64,000 bases of DNA from Candidatus Dojkabacteria bacterium (GTDB taxonomy: Bacteria; Patescibacteriota; Dojkabacteria; J137). Position 1 is the first letter of the stretch. Each line of letters opens with the position of its first letter. The DNA lies in NCBI GenBank assembly GCA_030950485.1, contig JAUZRK010000021.1, positions 5,498-69,497 of the forward strand, read 5' to 3'. The position numbers and the translations under genes were made by a program. Shown here piece after piece: positions 30,961 through 40,555 of this stretch. Under the pieces are notes generated by a model, which worked only from the letters and a program-made list of their open reading frames with translations, was not told the origin of the DNA and made no database searches.

Positions 30961-31776
30961 ATGTCCGGAGAAGCAGACAACCTAAAAACGCAGCTATCAC
31001 AATTCGACCTGTCAGAAGGAGAGGTTAAGGTATATTTACACCTTCAAACAAGTGGTAAATCTACGCCTTTAGAAATGAGCAAGAAACTAAAACTTTCTAG
31101 AACTAAGGTATATAGAGTTATTGAGAAGCTTTTAAATAAAGGATTGATTATTGAAAAGATAGAAGGACATGGAAAAAAATATATAGCACAAAGGCCTTCC
31201 AGGTTTTTGGAGATCCTTAGTGAAAAAGAAAGGGAACTCTCATTGCTTCAAATGTCAGCACCCTCAATTGTTAATCAGCTAAACTCCTTAGCGCCTCAGA
31301 TTGACTCTAAAACTCAGATATTACACTATAGAGGCGTTGAAGGATTAAAACAGGTTGTATGGAATACTACGAAGGTCGACGGGACTTTTAGAATTTATGA
31401 GGTTGGAAATTCAATGGATGTGTTTTTATCTCAAGAATTTGCAGAAAGAGTTAGATTAGAGTTATCGAAAAATCAGAAAAATAAATTCAGACAACTTACA
31501 AATCTTAAAGAGATTAGAAACTTTACTAACGTTACCGAACATGTAAAACAATGGGAGGGGAGACATATTCCTCAAAATAAGTTGGAGATCAAAGTAGAAA
31601 TTCAAATCTATAATGACTGTTACGCTATGTATGAATATACTAAGGATGAAGTCTTTATAGTAGAAATTTATAATAAAGAATTGGCAGATATGCAAAAACA
31701 AGTCTATGATTTAATCTGGGAAAGTGCAATGCCAATGAAAGTTATAGAAGCTGGCGGTAGAGCTATTTTAGAATAG
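30961..31776 (+). CDS. TrmB-family transcriptional regulator
   Basis: LSEGEVKVYLHL, LSRTKVYRVIEKL, YRGVEGLK, IQIYND. Confidence 0.88.
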   Translation: MSGEADNLKTQLSQFDLSEGEVKVYLHLQTSGKSTPLEMSKKLKLSRTKVYRVIEKLLNKGLIIEKIEGHGKKYIAQRPSRFLEILSEKERELSLLQMSAPSIVNQLNSLAPQIDSKTQILHYRGVEGLKQVVWNTTKVDGTFRIYEVGNSMDVFLSQEFAERVRLELSKNQKNKFRQLTNLKEIRNFTNVTEHVKQWEGRHIPQNKLEIKVEIQIYNDCYAMYEYTKDEVFIVEIYNKELADMQKQVYDLIWESAMPMKVIEAGGRAILE

Positions 31777-31777
31777 T

Positions 31778-32365
31778 TTAATAATAATCATAATCTTCAT
31801 CATCATGCATCTTCTTGTATTTTCTATGATCATAAATTAAGAAAAGCAGTATAGTTCCGCAAATTATTGAAAGAGATATTCCTATTACTAAAAGTTTTTC
31901 AGCTCTAGTTTCAATACCAATTTTATCCAAAAATGATTCATCTGTTGGAGAAACTATTTGATCGCTAGAAGCAACTGTAAAGGTTTCTCCAGCAACTCGT
32001 CCTGATTCATTCTGTACATTATTTACATCAATCCCAGCAGCAACATCAGTCCTAGTATCTAAAGCACTTAAAGCGCTAACTACATCACTAGCGGATGTGT
32101 TTTCATTTATCTCAATATTTGAAGCAGCTGTATTTAAATCAAAGTTTGAATTAGAAGTTTCTGGGTTATTAAGTACTACTACCTCTCCAGTAAATTCTGT
32201 TTCTTCTAAATTTTCTAGATTAGCACTGTTATCTTCATATTGTAGATATGAAATATATAAAACTGGCAAAATTAAAAATAAGCCAAGTGTTATAAACACA
32301 CCTAAAATTGATGAAGGGCTTTTATCTACCTGTAATCGTTGTCGTTCTTCCGTATCTGTATACAT
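31778..32365 (-). CDS. Two-TM membrane protein
   Basis: N- and C-terminal TM helices around a low-complexity loop containing GRVAG. Confidence 0.6.
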   Translation of the reverse strand: MYTDTEERQRLQVDKSPSSILGVFITLGLFLILPVLYISYLQYEDNSANLENLEETEFTGEVVVLNNPETSNSNFDLNTAASNIEINENTSASDVVSALSALDTRTDVAAGIDVNNVQNESGRVAGETFTVASSDQIVSPTDESFLDKIGIETRAEKLLVIGISLSIICGTILLFLIYDHRKYKKMHDDEDYDYY

Positions 32366-32394
32366 TCTTATTGCCTAATTATTGACTTCCTATT

Positions 32395-33450
32395 CTAATT
32401 AAAACCTCGGTACTGTGCAACTTTTGCTTGATGTTCTTCAAATGTTTCTGAATAGAATGTCTGCTTATCGTCTTCAACATGAAAGAAATAATAATTTTCT
32501 GTTTCATTTGGATAGAAAGCTGCTTTAATTGATTCGAATGAGGGACTATTAATTGGTCCTGGAGGCAGTCCAGTATATTTATAAGTATTATAAGGATTAT
32601 CTATTTCTAAATCTGCTAGAGATGCACCAGCTTCATTCTTACCCGTAACATAATTTACAGTAGCATCTGATTGTAAAAGATAATCATCTGCTAGTCTATT
32701 ATGAAAAATCCCAGAAATATCTCCTCTGTCATCCCAACCAGCTGCTTCTTTCTGAATTATAGAAGCTAGAGTTAATGCTTCGTAAAGATTCGTAATGTTG
32801 TCTTGATCTAAATTAAGAGGCTCCAATCCAGTTATTAAATTTCCAAGTCTTACAAGTTGTCTATCAATCACTTCGATTGCAGTTACATTTTGATCTAGTT
32901 CATATGTATCAGGGTATAGATATCCTTCTAAACTATTAACATCACTTGGAAGATAATTATCTAAGAATTCTGTAGCTTCTGGAGAAAAATTATAGCTTCT
33001 TGGTGAGTTAACTACAGCACTATATTCTGTAATACTAAAAGCTGAATTCTCTCCTAATTCATCCTTAATTTGTTTTGCCATTAAATCAGATCTAAGGTCT
33101 TCATCAATTTGTACTAAAACTCCTTCTCTATATGTATCTAGTTTTAGTGTTTCAATGATTACAGGTACATCACTTCCGGCTTTAATTAAATGCTCTCCAA
33201 ATTTTACATGAGTATTTACATTGTTTAATTTTGTATAAACCTTTATAGCTAATACATTGTCAACTAAACCTTCATTCTTAAGATTTTCCAGAACGTCTGC
33301 AAAGCCCTCTCCTTGATTAACGATGAATAATGTATCTTTTTCTACTTTGTTTTCATAAATAGCGTTGTTATACCAATTCCTACCATAGATAAAAACGCCA
33401 ATCATACCTACGAAAATTATTAGTAATAAAGTTAATATTGTTTTTCTCAT
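32395..33450 (-). CDS. mltG: Endolytic transglycosylase MltG
   Basis: LEGYLYPDTY, LASIIQKE, LQSDATV, PYNTYKYTGLPPGPI. Confidence 0.95.
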   Translation of the reverse strand: MRKTILTLLLIIFVGMIGVFIYGRNWYNNAIYENKVEKDTLFIVNQGEGFADVLENLKNEGLVDNVLAIKVYTKLNNVNTHVKFGEHLIKAGSDVPVIIETLKLDTYREGVLVQIDEDLRSDLMAKQIKDELGENSAFSITEYSAVVNSPRSYNFSPEATEFLDNYLPSDVNSLEGYLYPDTYELDQNVTAIEVIDRQLVRLGNLITGLEPLNLDQDNITNLYEALTLASIIQKEAAGWDDRGDISGIFHNRLADDYLLQSDATVNYVTGKNEAGASLADLEIDNPYNTYKYTGLPPGPINSPSFESIKAAFYPNETENYYFFHVEDDKQTFYSETFEEHQAKVAQYRGFN

Positions 33451-33506
33451 TTTATTTTGTATTATTTAAAATTCTTTTATATATTAAAGTATACCAAATC
33501 TAAAAT

Positions 33507-33998
33507 ATGAAAAATCTTAAACTGATAGAATTTCTTAAAAAAAGTCTTAATAACTGCTACCTTGGAGACTTAAAAAAAGCAGAAAATATTGAAAGAAAAG
33601 GCTTTTTTGAAATGGAATTTAGTGAAGATGATTTAAATTATAGAGATAGTTTTATCGGTTTTTATTTATCTACGGGCTCAGAAATAATAAGAGAAGGCGA
33701 TAGGCCAATTTGGGTCCGAAACTATAGGGGTGGGTTGATTGATAAGTATGTAGGAAATAAAGAAATTTTTACTGAGCTTGAAGAATTTTTAAGAAAATGT
33801 TTAAAGATAGGGTTACAAGAAGATGGGTTTACTCCAAGAGGACCGAAGGAACTTAAATCAGGAGACTGGTTATATAAATGTAATTGGCAGGGGGACTTTA
33901 ATAACTTTAAAGGGAGAGAAACAATTAAACTAAAAGAAGAAGAAATTTTCTACCATGACTTTATTGGCGGAGATATTATTGGGAAGGACTTTAATTGA
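33507..33998 (+). CDS. DUF5680-like hypothetical protein
   Basis: YRDSFIG, W..NY.G, PRGP, F.G.E.I, F.GG pattern. Confidence 0.6.
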   Translation: MKNLKLIEFLKKSLNNCYLGDLKKAENIERKGFFEMEFSEDDLNYRDSFIGFYLSTGSEIIREGDRPIWVRNYRGGLIDKYVGNKEIFTELEEFLRKCLKIGLQEDGFTPRGPKELKSGDWLYKCNWQGDFNNFKGRETIKLKEEEIFYHDFIGGDIIGKDFN

Positions 33999-34404
33999 TT
34001 TTATGATCTAAATATTCTTGTAACATTATTCTTGCAGCCTCGCTATCTAAATGTTTCGACTTGAATTTGGAATAATGGTGGTTGATTTTTGCTTGCTTAC
34101 TTGTTAATGTCTCATTAATCTTAACTATCTTTAATGAATCATTATTTTTTTCAAGACTTTCTATAAACTCATCAATCTCAAAACAAATCTTTGTTTTCTC
34201 GAAATCGGAATTTAATGGATAACCAATTAGAATAATATTAGTACCATTTTTTTCTAAGACCTCATTAATTTTCTCAATTAAATTAGTATTTGTATCGACG
34301 TATAGAATGGGAAGCTTTAATGCAAAAGCTAAGTCTTCATCTGAAATTGCTAATCCAATTTTTTTTGTTCCATAGTCAATGCTAAGGATTCTTTCATTAT
34401 CCAT
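33991..34404 (-). CDS. ruvX: YqgF/RuvX nuclease (pre-16S rRNA processing)
   Basis: ILSIDYGTKKIGLAISD, IGYP, NETLTS, DSEAARIMLQEYL; likely start MDNER at 34404. Confidence 0.9.
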   Translation of the reverse strand: MDNERILSIDYGTKKIGLAISDEDLAFALKLPILYVDTNTNLIEKINEVLEKNGTNIILIGYPLNSDFEKTKICFEIDEFIESLEKNNDSLKIVKINETLTSKQAKINHHYSKFKSKHLDSEAARIMLQEYLDHKIN

Positions 34405-34492
34405 AAATAATTTTAACAGAAAAATCTTTCTCAATTCTTTCAAATATAAAACATTAAAGTTCTATTCATCATAAATAGTAGGAAAATAATTT

Positions 34493-35191
34493 ATGAAGAG
34501 TTTTCTAAATATCGTAGTAAATATATTTTTACCAAAGAGCTGCTATGTTTGTCGTAAAGAGGGTAGTTATATTTGCTCTAAATGTTTTAAAAGAAAGTGC
34601 GAATTTAACTTTTTTCAAAAATGTCACGTATGTAAGAAGGAATCACATATAGGTTTTGTTCATAGAGATTGTAGGGAATCAACTTATCTTGATGGTTTGA
34701 TATATGTTACTAATTATAATGATCTTGTTGAAAAACTTATCATCAATGGAAAATACAATTTGTATTTTGAAATATTTAATGATTTAGGGAAGATAATGGC
34801 GGAGTATTTTAAACTTTATAATTTTAGTAATCCGACTTTGACATATGTCCCGTCTTTTAAAAGAAAAATTAGAGAACGGGGATTTAATCAAACAAAAATC
34901 TTAGCAAAGAAAGTTAGTAGTGAAACTGGAAAAAAATGCATGAGGCTTTTGAAAAGAACTAGACATACGCACTCTCAGCTAGGGCTTTCTGAAGCTGAGA
35001 GATTTAGAAATCTTAAAGGAGCTTTTGAGATAAATGAAAAAGAATTTAGTTATCTAGATAGTGCCTCAACTATCATACTAATAGATGACGTTTATACAAC
35101 AGGAAGTACACTAAATGAATGTGCAAAGGTTATTAAAGAAAGATTAAACATAACTGTAATCGGTTTTGCTTTTGCAAGGAGTAGAGTTTGA
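34493..35191 (+). CDS. comF: ComF-family protein (double zinc ribbon plus PRTase)
   Basis: CxxC clusters, RERGFNQ, LIDDVYTTGSTL. Confidence 0.92.
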   Translation: MKSFLNIVVNIFLPKSCYVCRKEGSYICSKCFKRKCEFNFFQKCHVCKKESHIGFVHRDCRESTYLDGLIYVTNYNDLVEKLIINGKYNLYFEIFNDLGKIMAEYFKLYNFSNPTLTYVPSFKRKIRERGFNQTKILAKKVSSETGKKCMRLLKRTRHTHSQLGLSEAERFRNLKGAFEINEKEFSYLDSASTIILIDDVYTTGSTLNECAKVIKERLNITVIGFAFARSRV

Positions 35192-35217
35192 TATAAATGA
35201 CTTTTTTAAATTATGTA

Positions 35218-36084
35218 TCATTCAAACTTAGCAAACTGATTTTCTCCCCAACTCTTGATTACGCTCGGAGTCACTGCTTCTGCTGAAACCCAAAGCGTTA
35301 GAAAAATTGATTTAAAACTTTTTGCTAATGAACTACTCTGAATGACAATTCCATAAGCTTCATCTTCATTTGTAGAAGCAATCATTGCAGTACTTTCTGT
35401 AATAGCTAATCTTTGATATTGCTCAAAGATAGGCGAGTCAATAAATCTATATTCTCTTGCTTTTATATAATCAGGGTCTCTTTGATATTGGTAGGTTAAA
35501 ATATGTTTTGTCCAATCGTTTAGCGGGATTAATTCTTTAATTACTTGACCAGATTCTAAAACTTTTTTAGTTACTTCTTCTATATCCTTGTTAATAAAAC
35601 CTTTTCCAAAAGCATCCATAGGCATTAAATGTGTTATAACATTTATAGGTACCTCACCTCTAACTTCATTTTCCATTAAGTACACTTTTTTAGCTCCTTC
35701 AATTCCTTCATAGTATTCGAAATTTGAATTTGAAGGTTTATCCTTATGAAAACTTTCTTTTAAATCTGGAAGGATATTGACTAGATCTACTTCTAATTTA
35801 TATAAATCATTATGTTTTTGTCTAACTGTTTTTCTTAGCGTCGAAGGATTTTTAGCTTTGATTTTTATCTGCTGTTTTGTAAATCCATCACTTCTCCCAA
35901 GCTCTAGTAATCCTTTAAGCGATAGATCTGTAATTACATCGTATACGGTAGTTCTAGGTATAGCTGTTAATTTTGATAATTCATACGGAGATGTCTCATC
36001 AAGCTTTAAAGCTTCTAAATATACTTTTATTTCATTTTCGGAAAGTCCAATTTTCTCTAAAGTCTTAAAAGTTTGTTTATTCAT
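35218..36084 (-). CDS. TrmB-family transcriptional regulator
   Basis: IGLSENEIKVY, IPRTTVYD..L..KGL, YYEGIEG. Confidence 0.88.
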   Translation of the reverse strand: MNKQTFKTLEKIGLSENEIKVYLEALKLDETSPYELSKLTAIPRTTVYDVITDLSLKGLLELGRSDGFTKQQIKIKAKNPSTLRKTVRQKHNDLYKLEVDLVNILPDLKESFHKDKPSNSNFEYYEGIEGAKKVYLMENEVRGEVPINVITHLMPMDAFGKGFINKDIEEVTKKVLESGQVIKELIPLNDWTKHILTYQYQRDPDYIKAREYRFIDSPIFEQYQRLAITESTAMIASTNEDEAYGIVIQSSSLAKSFKSIFLTLWVSAEAVTPSVIKSWGENQFAKFE

Positions 36085-36111
36085 TATTTCAATAGAGTAG
36101 TAGTAATGTTA

Positions 36112-36171
36112 ATTTTAGCTTCATCGACACTGACCGTCAAGTTTGGATGAATCTGGTTTTTAACGTATTAT
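36112..36171. promoter_or_regulatory. Back-to-back sigma70 promoters for trmB (-) and the tRNA-like unit (+)
   Basis: Minus strand TTGACG-N17-TAAAAT (36140-36112); plus strand TTGGAT-N17-TATTAT (36143-36171). Confidence 0.55.
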
Positions 36172-36187
36172 CCTAATACTAAAATAT

Positions 36188-36259
36188 GGTGTGGTAGCCA
36201 AGCGGTAAGGCAATTTCTCGGAAGAGAATAGATCGTAGGTTCAAATCCTACCCACACCT
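36188..36259 (+). tRNA. Atypical tRNA or tRNA-like RNA (nominal anticodon GGA, short variable loop, U73)
   Basis: Perfect acceptor GGTGTGG/CCACACC, D arm GCC-AAGCGGTAA-GGC, T arm GTAGG-TTCAAAT-CCTAC; non-canonical anticodon arm ATTTC-TCGGAAG-AGAAT. Confidence 0.8.
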
Positions 36260-36276
36260 TTTTAAAAATAAACAAA

Positions 36277-37278
36277 ATGAATAAAGAAAAAATAGTTGAA
36301 AAATTAATTGAGCTTCTAGATTTCACAGAAGCAACTCTTACAGAAGTAGATGAAGATCTATTGAAAAATACAGGGCTTGAATCATTTATTTATGTAAAAC
36401 TTACTACACAGAAATTTAGAAACGCGGCATTAAGTAAAAAAATGAAGAGATATATTAGATCTGTTATTAAAGACTCAATAGAGCAAAATCGAGCAATTCA
36501 TATTACTGTTCCATTTGGTGGATACAAACATTATAAAAACAAATATTACCCAAATATTGGTTGGGCAGAAGTTTTTAATCTTATTCATCTTTTAGATTAT
36601 GTCAAAGTAATTTCTAAGGCGTACAAACCTGGAATAATTTTAGAATATTTCTATGACGAGATTTTTGTCGAGAGATTAAATAAAATCCCCCAAAAAGATC
36701 TCGATACTTATAATAAAAACTTTGCTGATTTATGTGCTCATTATAACGAATTAACTCCAAGTCATATTGATATTAGATATTCTAAGATAAGCGATAAGGT
36801 AGGTCCGGAAGTGCTTCATACTCGTTTTGATAAAGCAATTGAAAAGCTTGAGAAAGAGTGGGACGATCTTGGGGAAGATGCGAAAAATATAAGGTTAGGT
36901 AAAGCGAGAAGAAATTATGCTTTTAGTATTGAGCATCTTTCAGGGAGTCAACAAAATGAGATCTTAAAAGAACCAGCACTAATTCACGATGCATTTATAT
37001 TTGGTGACTGGGAGGAAGGAGTACACTGGGCTTTTGAAAACTATATGATTCCAATTGGCTTCAGATATACAGGAGAGTGGGGAATTGGAATATATAGTTC
37101 AAAAGGTGGGAGCTCAGTTCAATTCTGGGTTGGACATGGAGTTCTACAGATAGTAGAAGACAAAGTTAAGCCACATATCTATACGCATAAGCAATTAGAA
37201 CAGATAAAATCTTCGATAGAATCTATAAACTTAGATCTGCAATATCCCTTCCCAGACTCAATTATTATAAGTCACTAA
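36277..37278 (+). CDS. Hypothetical protein, PvcA/DIT1-like (class I aaRS-like Rossmann fold)
   Basis: IHITVPFGGYKH...WAEVFNL..L.....ISKAYKPGIILEYFYDE parallels the PvcA pattern LPAFPxK...AEELAL..L...I..VYPPGA.I...SD (recalled, not searched). Confidence 0.5.
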   Translation: MNKEKIVEKLIELLDFTEATLTEVDEDLLKNTGLESFIYVKLTTQKFRNAALSKKMKRYIRSVIKDSIEQNRAIHITVPFGGYKHYKNKYYPNIGWAEVFNLIHLLDYVKVISKAYKPGIILEYFYDEIFVERLNKIPQKDLDTYNKNFADLCAHYNELTPSHIDIRYSKISDKVGPEVLHTRFDKAIEKLEKEWDDLGEDAKNIRLGKARRNYAFSIEHLSGSQQNEILKEPALIHDAFIFGDWEEGVHWAFENYMIPIGFRYTGEWGIGIYSSKGGSSVQFWVGHGVLQIVEDKVKPHIYTHKQLEQIKSSIESINLDLQYPFPDSIIISH

Positions 37279-37339
37279 TGCTTGGCAGCATATATCTATT
37301 TGTGCTAGAATCTCAGGCTAATTTATTAATAGATTTAAC

Positions 37340-37804
37340 ATGGCTGATGAGTATAATGGGGATGATTTGAATATTGAGGATCCAGAAGCTACAGTTCCGG
37401 ATATAACCCAACCTGGACAACTAGAAGAATATCATACTGAGGCAATTCCTAAGAGACAACTTGAATCTGTTATGAAGAATATGAGCAATATCGTTGCTTT
37501 GCTAACTAATGGGGATAAAATTGTACTAGAAGAATTTCGTAACGAAGCACATAGGACCAATGCTATTAACTATTTGAAAATTTGTCACAATGCCCTTGTT
37601 CGAATTGATCGAGCTAACGGTGACTATCTTAGTGTTAATCAGAAGGGGCATGATACTGATGATACTATAATAGATGACTTGTTGAGGCGGATTGATGTAT
37701 TAAAAGATTTTATGACGGAATACTTTCCTAAGACAGATTCATTTGAATTTGAGAAATCCATTAGAATACATAGGAAACCATTTGTGAATAATATTAGAGG
37801 TTAA
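37340..37804 (+). CDS. Hypothetical protein with acidic N-terminus
   Basis: 154-aa ORF after extended -10 TGCTAGAAT (37303-37311). Confidence 0.6.
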   Translation: MADEYNGDDLNIEDPEATVPDITQPGQLEEYHTEAIPKRQLESVMKNMSNIVALLTNGDKIVLEEFRNEAHRTNAINYLKICHNALVRIDRANGDYLSVNQKGHDTDDTIIDDLLRRIDVLKDFMTEYFPKTDSFEFEKSIRIHRKPFVNNIRG

Positions 37805-37816
37805 GCTTAAAAAACT

Positions 37817-38752
37817 ATGAGTATTCAAGAAGTACAAACAGAAAAAGTATTCCCAGATGAAACAAAACCAGAGCTTGAATTTGAAGATACTCTTGATTCT
37901 ACAGATCCATTTTTTGGAGCAGATACGACGGCTACAGACTCAGGATTTTTTAATCAGGGGGTGCAAAATCAAGATGGAGTACCAGGAGAATATACTCTTC
38001 TCTCAAACAATATCAGGAGGCAGTCGGCTCTAATCAAGACACATTTAAATAAACAAATTGAAGGTAATCAAAGTTCAATAAGAAGCTTAGTAGAGAGTTG
38101 TATTGATAATATGTACTTGCTAGCACTTTCTTATTTTGAAGATAAGGATATTGCGTTTCCTCCATTAGCTGAAGATGTTGAGACGCACGCATATTTTAGA
38201 TATGTTTTTTTAATGTCTAGAGTAGATGAAGTTGGCACTTACATAGGTAATCAAGAGGTAAAAAGCTTTAAATATATAATGGGCAAGTTAGATGAACTTG
38301 ACTTCTTTGCTTTTACTTTGATGAGTAATACTCTAATTATCATTAATTATATAAATACTTCTATAAAAGAAATATCGAATTAAGTTGATACGAAAGAAAG
38401 AGAAAGCGGAGATCCTACCGAACTTGATCGTATTGTTTACATAGAGAGCACTCAACCCGCCAGATTCATTGATGACTCAGATCAAGACCCACCTGTTACC
38501 GAATCGTCTAGATATGACGAGACTAATATTTCTAATAAAAAATTAGCTAGTGCAATAATATTTCAGCTCGAACTTTGCGAGAAGTTAATTGCAGACGAAT
38601 CTAACCCGGATCAAGAATATATGATTAATGCTAAAACTAAGGCATTAAAACAGTTTATAAACTTAGGATAAGAGTACGTTTATAGGGAATCAAATAAGGG
38701 TTTTGATGATTATTTCCCTAGATCAGAAAATATGAAGGTAATAGATAGATAG
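37817..38752 (+). pseudogene. Hypothetical protein with several in-frame stops
   Basis: Frame stays protein-like past TAA 38381 (95 more codons) and TAA 38669 up to TAG 38750. Confidence 0.5.
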
Positions 38753-38970
38753 GGAATTATAAATTTAGCTATAGCTCATGACTTTTACCAATAGATAAAA
38801 TTGAAGATTTCACAGAAAGATGCTCTGCATTACAAGCTGTAATAATACAGTTGCTGAATGATGAAAGCTGGACGGAAAAATGCTATAATATAATTAGATC
38901 TTTAACAAAGAATAAGCTTTCACCCAAAGATAAATACAAAGATTTATATTCTTCTTGTACTTATTTCCGG

Positions 38971-39432
38971 GGGGATGCTTATTCGACATTAAATCCTTTT
39001 ATTTTAAGGCAAGCCAGAGTTTTGTAGTTAATTACTCTGTAAAAAGAAACACTACACTTGACTTAAGCGTCAAACAAGAAAATTTCGTAGCTAAGGCAGT
39101 TACTGCAGTAAAGAATTTCTTTACTCCTAACTACAACCTAAACTATGCTTTCGTAGCATAATTTAGATAGTCTTAACTATGCTGGTGGAAAAACAAAAAG
39201 TACCCAGCTGTTTAATTTATTTTTCTCCGAATGAAAATTTATTAAACGTCTACTCAGTTCGGATACAGAATTACTCTTTAGTTTATGGAGTAATTTCATG
39301 CTTAATATAAACTCGGAGTTTTATGTTTTTGTTAAGTTTCTATATAACTCTTCGTAAAAAATAAACTTAAATAAGCTTGTACACTTTGAGATTTTAGATT
39401 TAATGGACACGGGAAATCCGTCATCTCCACCA
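38971..39432 (+). ncRNA. ssrA: tmRNA
   Basis: 5' GGGGATG..ATTCGAC pairs with 3' CATCTCC-ACCA including G3:U70; tag frame ends ..NYAFVA*; TGCTATAAT promoter at 38881; terminator follows. Confidence 0.93.
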
Positions 39433-39435
39433 AAA

Positions 39436-39467
39436 GAGCCTGAGTACCACACTCGGGCTTTTTTTTA
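39436..39467 (+). terminator. ssrA terminator
   Basis: GAGCCTGAGT-ACCAC-ACTCGGGCTT followed by a T tract. Confidence 0.85.
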
Positions 39468-39521
39468 TAATCACTTGTTTTCTTTAAGTATGGTAAAATA
39501 ATTCGTTTTATTAGACACATT

Positions 39522-40484
39522 ATGTTTGGAATTTTAAGTACAATTTTTTACGAGCCGTTATACAACGCGTTAGTCATTTTTTATCACGCCTTGGGTGATA
39601 ATCTAGGGCTTGCAATTATTTCTGTAGCTATTGTTACTAGGACTCTTATGACTCCTATGACGATTAAACAGATTAAGTTGGCTGAAATGAATAGAGAGTT
39701 TTCAGAGAAAGTAAAAGAACTGAAAAGAAAATATAAGGATGATAAAGAGAGACAGCAAAAAGAAATAATGCAGATTAATTCGCAATATTTACCAGCGCAG
39801 CTAGGAGGATGTTTACCAATGATTTTTCAAGTAGTATTCTTTATATATGCCTACAGAGTTATTAGAGATATTGTTAATACTGGAGGATTAGGATTTAACA
39901 AAGTTGCTTATAGCTTTGTTGATAAATTTCCTAGTGATTACAAAATGGATGGAAATTTTTTTGGTATTTTTGATGCTATAAAATCCCCTGCACAAGCATT
40001 TGGAGATCATGGATTTGGCGTTAAATTCTTACCATACATTATCTTAATTGTAGCTGTTGGAATTTCTCAGTACATGTCTATGAAGATTCTTTCTGCAATA
40101 AGAAAGAGTAGAAAACCAGAGAAAGTAGAAAAGAAGAAAAAAGAAGATGAAAAAGAAGATTTCTCAGAAATTATGCAAAGATCAACAAAGCAAACAATGA
40201 TGTTAATGCCTCTGATGATAATGTTCTTTTCATATAATTTACCATCAGCATTGGCTTTATACTGGATTACACAAAGTAGCTTTGTTGTAGTACAACAGTC
40301 ACTAATTGCAAAAATTAGAGGAGATTTAGATCCAGAAGGTAGCAAAACAGTTAAGAGTAACTCATCAGAAACTGAAGTAATAGAGGCTGATAGCATGTTA
40401 CTTCATGAAACAGATGACTTGAAAAAACGTTTACAAAAAAAGAAAAGACAGAAGAAAAATAAGAAGAAACGACAAACTAAATAA
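39522..40484 (+). CDS. yidC: Membrane protein insertase YidC/Oxa1
   Basis: LGLAII..RTLM.P, GGCLPMIFQ, PSALALYW, basic C-terminal tail. Confidence 0.92.
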   Translation: MFGILSTIFYEPLYNALVIFYHALGDNLGLAIISVAIVTRTLMTPMTIKQIKLAEMNREFSEKVKELKRKYKDDKERQQKEIMQINSQYLPAQLGGCLPMIFQVVFFIYAYRVIRDIVNTGGLGFNKVAYSFVDKFPSDYKMDGNFFGIFDAIKSPAQAFGDHGFGVKFLPYIILIVAVGISQYMSMKILSAIRKSRKPEKVEKKKKEDEKEDFSEIMQRSTKQTMMLMPLMIMFFSYNLPSALALYWITQSSFVVVQQSLIAKIRGDLDPEGSKTVKSNSSETEVIEADSMLLHETDDLKKRLQKKKRQKKNKKKRQTK

Positions 40485-40500
40485 AAAAGATTCAAAATCT

Positions 40501-40529
40501 CGAATTATGAGTTTTAAATTCATAATTCG
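40501..40529. promoter_or_regulatory. Hairpin between yidC and rplY (terminator or leader element)
   Basis: CGAATTATGA-GTTTTAAAT-TCATAATTCG perfect 10-bp inverted repeat. Confidence 0.45.
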
Positions 40530-40555
40530 TAATTTTTAATTTTTAATTAACAGAG

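Noticed and set aside
15241-38752. Stop-codon reassignment suggested by in-frame stops (TAA 15241, 20241, 22746, 38381, 38669; TGA 23453)
   Set aside because: TAA, TAG and TGA all end intact conserved genes here. The internal stops are of mixed type, are single-base changes from expected codons (e.g. TTA), and occur alongside many frameshifts. Sequencing error or gene decay is more likely.
38955-39520. ORFs 38955-39161 (+) and 39332-39520 (-) as protein genes
   Set aside because: They overlap the tmRNA; the first is the tag reading frame extended upstream.
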